Virus record (IMG/VR): IMGVR_UViG_3300047323_000678
DNA: 64,000 nt
Origin: a virus
Lineage: Duplodnaviria; Heunggongvirae; Uroviricota; Caudoviricetes
Reading direction: 5' to 3' (one strand)
This document shows positions 59,382 to 64,000 of the stretch, in pieces. Made by a program: the position numbers and the translations under genes. Each line of letters starts with the position of its first letter. The stretch's first letter is position 1. The notes under the pieces are model-generated. The model saw only the letters and a list, made by a program, of their open reading frames with translations. It did no database searches and was not told the DNA's origin.

Positions 59382-60017
59382 ATGAAGAACAACCAAATTA
59401 CACCCACAGAAAAGGTCATTGAATTATTAGTAGAAAAATTCAATGATATTGATGTTCAAACTCACCCTACTGATTGGTCCCATATTAAGGACTATAGGGT
59501 GAATATGACATTTTGGGAGCGTAAATTTTTTCATCCATCTCTCGGATATATGGAGGTAATAGAGCAAGATCAAGAACTAAAATTTAATGTAAAAATTTTA
59601 TCAGTTTTTAGATATGCTACTCAAAGTGATGATTTAGAATTAATAAAGACATTATTTAATAAATTAGTGACTGGCACCCAAAATCCTAATATTCAAGCTT
59701 ATTACGAAGATAGCTTATATAATTTAACTAATGCTTCTCGTAATGGAAATATGGATGTTATTAAGTTCTTAGTTGAAAATGGAGTTCATATTCATGTTGA
59801 TGGCGAAGCTAATGTTATTGCTGCTTTAAAAAATCATAAATATGAAGTGGTTCAATATTTTCTTGAAACTGATCCGAAAATTAATCTAGAGGTAGTATTA
59901 AAGGATAAATCTCTTGAACAGAATATGGTCAAATTTATTAATAATTGGCAACTTTATCAAGTATTAAATAAAGAAGTTGACCATAAAGAAAAAATTGAAA
60001 CAAAATTAAAAATTTAA
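59382..60017 (+). CDS. C-terminal ankyrin-repeat protein
   Basis: ASRNGNMDVIKFLVENG, ALKNHKYEVVQYFL; tail KLKI. Confidence 0.75.
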   Translation: MKNNQITPTEKVIELLVEKFNDIDVQTHPTDWSHIKDYRVNMTFWERKFFHPSLGYMEVIEQDQELKFNVKILSVFRYATQSDDLELIKTLFNKLVTGTQNPNIQAYYEDSLYNLTNASRNGNMDVIKFLVENGVHIHVDGEANVIAALKNHKYEVVQYFLETDPKINLEVVLKDKSLEQNMVKFINNWQLYQVLNKEVDHKEKIETKLKI

Positions 60018-60099
60018 AAATATACTGATACCAATCAACTCATAAAATCCTTTATAAAATATAATAAGTTTTGCTTTATATCTCAAGAAGGAACTTTAT

Positions 60100-60453
60100 A
60101 TGAGTAATAGAACTAAGCAAGTTATCGGCATTTTTATATTTTTTCTTAGTATAATGGCATCACTTTTGACAGGCTTATGGTGGTCTTTCATGATGGCAGA
60201 TGGAGGATTAATGCCAATATCGCCAAACACAGTAGACTATACAATTTTGCTCGTTTTATTATTAGTTACAGTGGGACTTATAAAATTTTCTTATTTTCTC
60301 TATAAACCTACTAAAAAAAATGCTGTTAAAGTTACATTATATTCTATAATTTTAATATCATTGTTCTTTATTTGGTTGAATACCCCTTTAAGTAGCTGCA
60401 AATATTTTCCACCACCTTTTATCAGTGAAAATTGCAAAGACTATTATCTTTAA
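60100..60453 (+). CDS. membrane protein (about 3 TM)
   Basis: Three hydrophobic segments; AAGGA SD. Confidence 0.7.
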   Translation: MSNRTKQVIGIFIFFLSIMASLLTGLWWSFMMADGGLMPISPNTVDYTILLVLLLVTVGLIKFSYFLYKPTKKNAVKVTLYSIILISLFFIWLNTPLSSCKYFPPPFISENCKDYYL

Positions 60454-60532
60454 TAAAAACTTATAGATAGTTATATTTTATGTAAATTCTATACACCGTA
60501 ACAGTGCAACTTTTTTAGCTTAAAAACATAAT

Positions 60533-60562
60533 AAAAAAGCAGACCTTAAATCTGCTTTTTTT
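60533..60562. terminator. bidirectional terminator
   Basis: aaaaaagcagaccttaaatctgcttttttt. Confidence 0.8.
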
Positions 60563-60566
60563 GTGC

Positions 60567-61091
60567 TTATAAAATTTTACGACCCTTTGTTGCATTAAAA
60601 TAATTGGTGCGTTCCTCAGGTGGAATAAATGAATATCCCATAGCTTTAAAAATATCTTCTTCTGAACCAGATGCAATCAACTTTTTAGTATTTTTATCAA
60701 TTAGTCCATTTTCACTAAAACTCATGCCTTTCTTCAATAAAGAAGCTCGCATACCAATATTAAATTCTTTTGAGCCAGTAATATGCAAGAGAGTAGAACC
60801 AGAATGAATTTCATCAGTTGCATATAAATCTACTTGATACCCTTTACCACTAATTGCAGTTGCTTTCTTTTTCCCTCGTTCAACAAAGTTATATCCTAAG
60901 GTCATCATTTTTCTGACAACTTCGTCAGGTATATTTCCATCAGGAGTCACAAGCATAAGATCTAAATCCTTACAGGACTCTGCTCCACGCCGATAAGAAC
61001 CTCCAGCAGTAGTATTAGGGTAAATTTTCGTAATTTGCTTAATAACAGAAGTCCAAACTTTGCGTGTTTGTGGAATGCCTTGTGTCCCCAT
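60567..61091 (-). CDS. polX: minimal family X DNA polymerase (palm plus C-terminal domain only, 174 aa)
   Basis: GGSYRRG...KDLD, QVDL, LLHITGS..FN..MR, SENGL, EEDIF..MG...IPPEER. Confidence 0.85.
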   Translation of the reverse strand: MGTQGIPQTRKVWTSVIKQITKIYPNTTAGGSYRRGAESCKDLDLMLVTPDGNIPDEVVRKMMTLGYNFVERGKKKATAISGKGYQVDLYATDEIHSGSTLLHITGSKEFNIGMRASLLKKGMSFSENGLIDKNTKKLIASGSEEDIFKAMGYSFIPPEERTNYFNATKGRKIL

Positions 61092-61177
61092 GACTTACCC
61101 CTTAAACATTTAAAGAGTGTCATAGTAGCATAAAAACTAAATATTGCCGATAGTTTCCATGTGGAATTAGTTTAAAG

Positions 61178-61201
61178 AAAAAGCCTCAGGAAAGAGGCTT
61201 T
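61178..61201. terminator. terminator
   Basis: aaaaagcctcaggaaagaggcttt. Confidence 0.7.
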
Positions 61202-61211
61202 AAATAAGTAT

Positions 61212-61808
61212 TTAGTCGGATGATTTAACACAAAAATCTACATCAAAAAGTAAAACAAAATCAGGCTTTGTTTCATCATGACTTTCCACAGTAACTTTGC
61301 AGTTAACAAATTCACAGCCGATAATATTAGTTGGGATTTTTAAAACCTCGTTAACACCTTCAACTAAAGAACTGATATTTTCAAACGAATTTTCTGAAAT
61401 GTACTCATAAATATCTTTACGCAGAGAATTTTTATATTCTGAAAGCTTATTCTTTGCTTTGGTCAAATCAATATACTTCAAAACTTTGTATTCATCTACT
61501 TCATCCACTTCTTCAATTAAATTATCCAAAGTTACTTTGAATTGAGTGTTTTTAGTAATTTTAGAAGTGTCTGAGTTAGGATCAGCTAAAGCATTTAATT
61601 GATGCACAATAATATTGCTATCAGCACTTACTTTATCTTTCATTGCTAAGTTGAGACTTTTTTTAATAAGATAAACCATTGCTTTAATAATGGTTTTCTT
61701 TACAAGATTACGAAGAGCAGTAAGTGGACTTAAAACCGTATCAATAAATCCTTTAGCACTTAATCCAGCCTTCACTACTGTAGTTGATGCACTCAAAAAT
61801 TTTTTCAT
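61212..61808 (-). CDS. hypothetical protein (198 aa)
   Basis: ORF. Confidence 0.65.
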   Translation of the reverse strand: MKKFLSASTTVVKAGLSAKGFIDTVLSPLTALRNLVKKTIIKAMVYLIKKSLNLAMKDKVSADSNIIVHQLNALADPNSDTSKITKNTQFKVTLDNLIEEVDEVDEYKVLKYIDLTKAKNKLSEYKNSLRKDIYEYISENSFENISSLVEGVNEVLKIPTNIIGCEFVNCKVTVESHDETKPDFVLLFDVDFCVKSSD

Positions 61809-61947
61809 AGGAATATTTTTATATTAGAAAAATTGAATTATAAAACAAAAAGTCCTGTTTTAGCAAGGTAACTATGAAATTTAAAATAATTTATTTTATA
61901 AAAACTATGCTATAATCCATACATCTAAAAATAATTTGGAGGCATTA

Positions 61948-62262
61948 ATGAACTATGCAAATATGATTTCAAATATTCCAACTTCTCTTTTGATTACTGC
62001 ATGTATCGCAGTAATAATTTTGAGTTTTATCATTCTGCGAAAATTTGCTGTAAATGAAAACAAAAAAATGATTGAGGAACAGCTTTTTGCTATTCAAAAT
62101 CCAGATAAAATTGAAAAAATTAAGTTAGTAGATCGTCCAGAAGTATGCTGCGTAGTAACCATTCAAAATAAAAAGCCAGAAATTATTGCTTATGGTGTTC
62201 AAGCAGTTCGAATTTTTGATCAATTAGTTTTAGCTAATCCAAAACTAGCTCAACAATCATAA
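61948..62262 (+). CDS. single-pass membrane protein
   Basis: GGAGG SD before ATG 61948; N-terminal TM. Confidence 0.7.
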   Translation: MNYANMISNIPTSLLITACIAVIILSFIILRKFAVNENKKMIEEQLFAIQNPDKIEKIKLVDRPEVCCVVTIQNKKPEIIAYGVQAVRIFDQLVLANPKLAQQS

Positions 62263-62279
62263 AGTAAATAAGAAAAAAC

Positions 62280-62516
62280 ATGAATAATCTAAAATACAAT
62301 ATATCAGGCTATCAATGTCATATTGAACTATCTATTGAGCAATTTAAAAAACTAGAATCTATTGACTATTTAGATGTAGTAATACCAACTTTAAAAAAAC
62401 TTGGTGCATCTGATATTGAATACAATGGTCATTTTGGTGCTGCAATTTTCTTTTATGCTGAAAATTTGGAAGATGCACAAAAAATAACAGAAAAAATTGA
62501 AGAAATGCTTAAATAA
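62280..62516 (+). CDS. hypothetical protein (78 aa)
   Basis: ORF. Confidence 0.65.
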   Translation: MNNLKYNISGYQCHIELSIEQFKKLESIDYLDVVIPTLKKLGASDIEYNGHFGAAIFFYAENLEDAQKITEKIEEMLK

Positions 62517-62580
62517 TTTATCTATTTTTTACATTAGATAATCTATTTCTTATAATAGTAATATAACCAAAGGAAAATTT

Positions 62581-64000
62581 ATGTATAACTCGCTGCCAAA
62601 TTATTTTAGTATGAATTTAGCTTTTGACCATGAGTTTCAAAAATTATCGGAAACAGTGCTGCTAAACTTATTTGATAGCAGTAAAAAAATTCATGCAAGT
62701 AATACAGGAAAACATGAATTTACAGCTAAGCTTTTTAGCAATAAAGAATATAAATTAAATTATCTATTGGTTAAAAAAAATAGCAAAATTACAGTTTATG
62801 AAGAGCCTATTTATAATTGGAAAAACTCTCCATTTGATTATGCTATTAATGAGCTAAAGACTGGAAGTTTTGAAATTCACGCGAGAGAGATTATTTCCTT
62901 ACCTTTAACTGAAGGTGATGAATTAGTGGCAATGGCAAGAATTGTTAAAAAACATTTAATGAATATTGTTAATGATAAATTGCCACCAGATGAAAGAAAA
63001 GAAGTAAATGAATTAATCGCACGATTAAAAACAGATAAAGAATTAGATAAAAAAGTAATGGCTAAGCTGCCAGTAGTCTATAATGATGAATTTAGTGCCA
63101 ATTCAAGTCCTTATAAATTAAAGGTATTTTTTGAATATCTTTATAAACAAGGATTTATTTCAGAAATGGTTCCTGATGAAAAATGGATAGAAAAAAATAA
63201 ACCATTTAATGAATCTGCTTCTGAAGAAATAGAACAATTGAAAAATGACATTAATTTCTTATTTGATGTCTGTGAAAAAAATAAATTTACAAATAAGAAG
63301 AAGCATCAATTCAATGATGGTGATAATTTCTTATATGCATATGAAAAAGGTATTGTAGTAGAAAGCCAAGGCTTGGGCTCATATATCACAATGAAGGGTG
63401 AAGAAATTACCGTATTTGCTTTTGATAACGAAAACGAAAGCTTTTTGAAATTTAATAATCTAAAAGATTTATCAAATGCAATTAATAAAAATGAAGCTTC
63501 AATTGTAGATTCATTAATTTTAAAAATCAACAATGATAAAGTTGAATATATCAATGGAGGTACCTGGTATTGTTTTTCTAGTGATTTACATTACACAAGG
63601 AAAAATATTATTGAAGAAGGCTTGGGTAAAATGAATGACCCAATTGATATTCAATCATTTGAATACCAATTAAAATATGCACAACAAAATTATGGCTCTA
63701 CAAAATTTGAATTTTTAACTTATAAGTTTATGACTTATAGTTCGGAATCATATTATGATAAAAAGCTAGGAATTTTTAAAAGTGAGGGTATTACCTATAG
63801 CAAAAAAGTAGATAATGCACAAATTAAAATAGATGAGGAAATTCCTAAAAAATTTGATTATTGCATACCTATTAAAAAGATTGAATTTTTACAAAAAGAA
63901 TGGTTGGAAGGATTAGAGTATCTAGTAGATGTATTAAAAATTCATGAACCAATTCCAACAGTAAGTAATACTGATAATAAAGTGCAAGATGTTAAAGATG
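62581..64000 (+). CDS. hypothetical protein, partial (>470 aa, runs off the window; absent from the ORF track)
   Basis: AAAGGA SD, ATG 62581, frame read open by hand to 64000. Confidence 0.8.
   Translation, partial: MYNSLPNYFSMNLAFDHEFQKLSETVLLNLFDSSKKIHASNTGKHEFTAKLFSNKEYKLNYLLVKKNSKITVYEEPIYNWKNSPFDYAINELKTGSFEIHAREIISLPLTEGDELVAMARIVKKHLMNIVNDKLPPDERKEVNELIARLKTDKELDKKVMAKLPVVYNDEFSANSSPYKLKVFFEYLYKQGFISEMVPDEKWIEKNKPFNESASEEIEQLKNDINFLFDVCEKNKFTNKKKHQFNDGDNFLYAYEKGIVVESQGLGSYITMKGEEITVFAFDNENESFLKFNNLKDLSNAINKNEASIVDSLILKINNDKVEYINGGTWYCFSSDLHYTRKNIIEEGLGKMNDPIDIQSFEYQLKYAQQNYGSTKFEFLTYKFMTYSSESYYDKKLGIFKSEGITYSKKVDNAQIKIDEEIPKKFDYCIPIKKIEFLQKEWLEGLEYLVDVLKIHEPIPTVSNTDNKVQDVKD

Noticed and set aside
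1..64000. tRNA, rRNA, IS transposase or integrase genes
   Set aside because: No cloverleaf/T-loop signatures, rRNA-like tracts or recombinase motifs found by eye; a tRNAscan/Infernal run is needed to exclude degenerate RNAs.

Overview
Very AT-rich, gene-dense prokaryotic DNA read with the standard bacterial code (SD sites, sigma70-type promoters, intrinsic terminators). It has no rRNA or tRNA, no recognisable virion genes and no housekeeping operons, which fits an accessory region of a very large extrachromosomal element (jumbo phage or megaplasmid), although the replicon type cannot be fixed from this window. Recognisable genes: an Asp/Glu-racemase / NadE-2OG-oxygenase / NadD-like-PRTase operon, DUF4031, 18 DUF285 (BspA-type LRR) genes, ankyrin-repeat genes, two RNase HI-like paralogues, a DUF1152 protein, an LMW-PTP, cysS, dut and a minimal DNA polymerase X. 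Structure not explained by these genes: (1) an ordered array at 6.6-16.4 kb in which one intact DUF4031 gene is followed by seven 5'-truncated copies, five of them preceded by a fixed-geometry TATGGACAT/ATGTCCATA motif and all separated by unrelated cargo genes, suggesting a cassette-capture system; (2) a common C-terminal tail (L..EL..N..KxK[ILV]-COOH) on more than 30 proteins from unrelated families; (3) two clusters of nine ~20-bp palindromes (AAAGA-NN-TCTTT core); (4) a near-leaderless MKNIYFTLLYCCCC peptide upstream of cysS whose mRNA can pair with the cysS ribosome-binding site; (5) single genes bracketed by near-identical terminators. All family assignments come from motifs read by eye; no database search was run.
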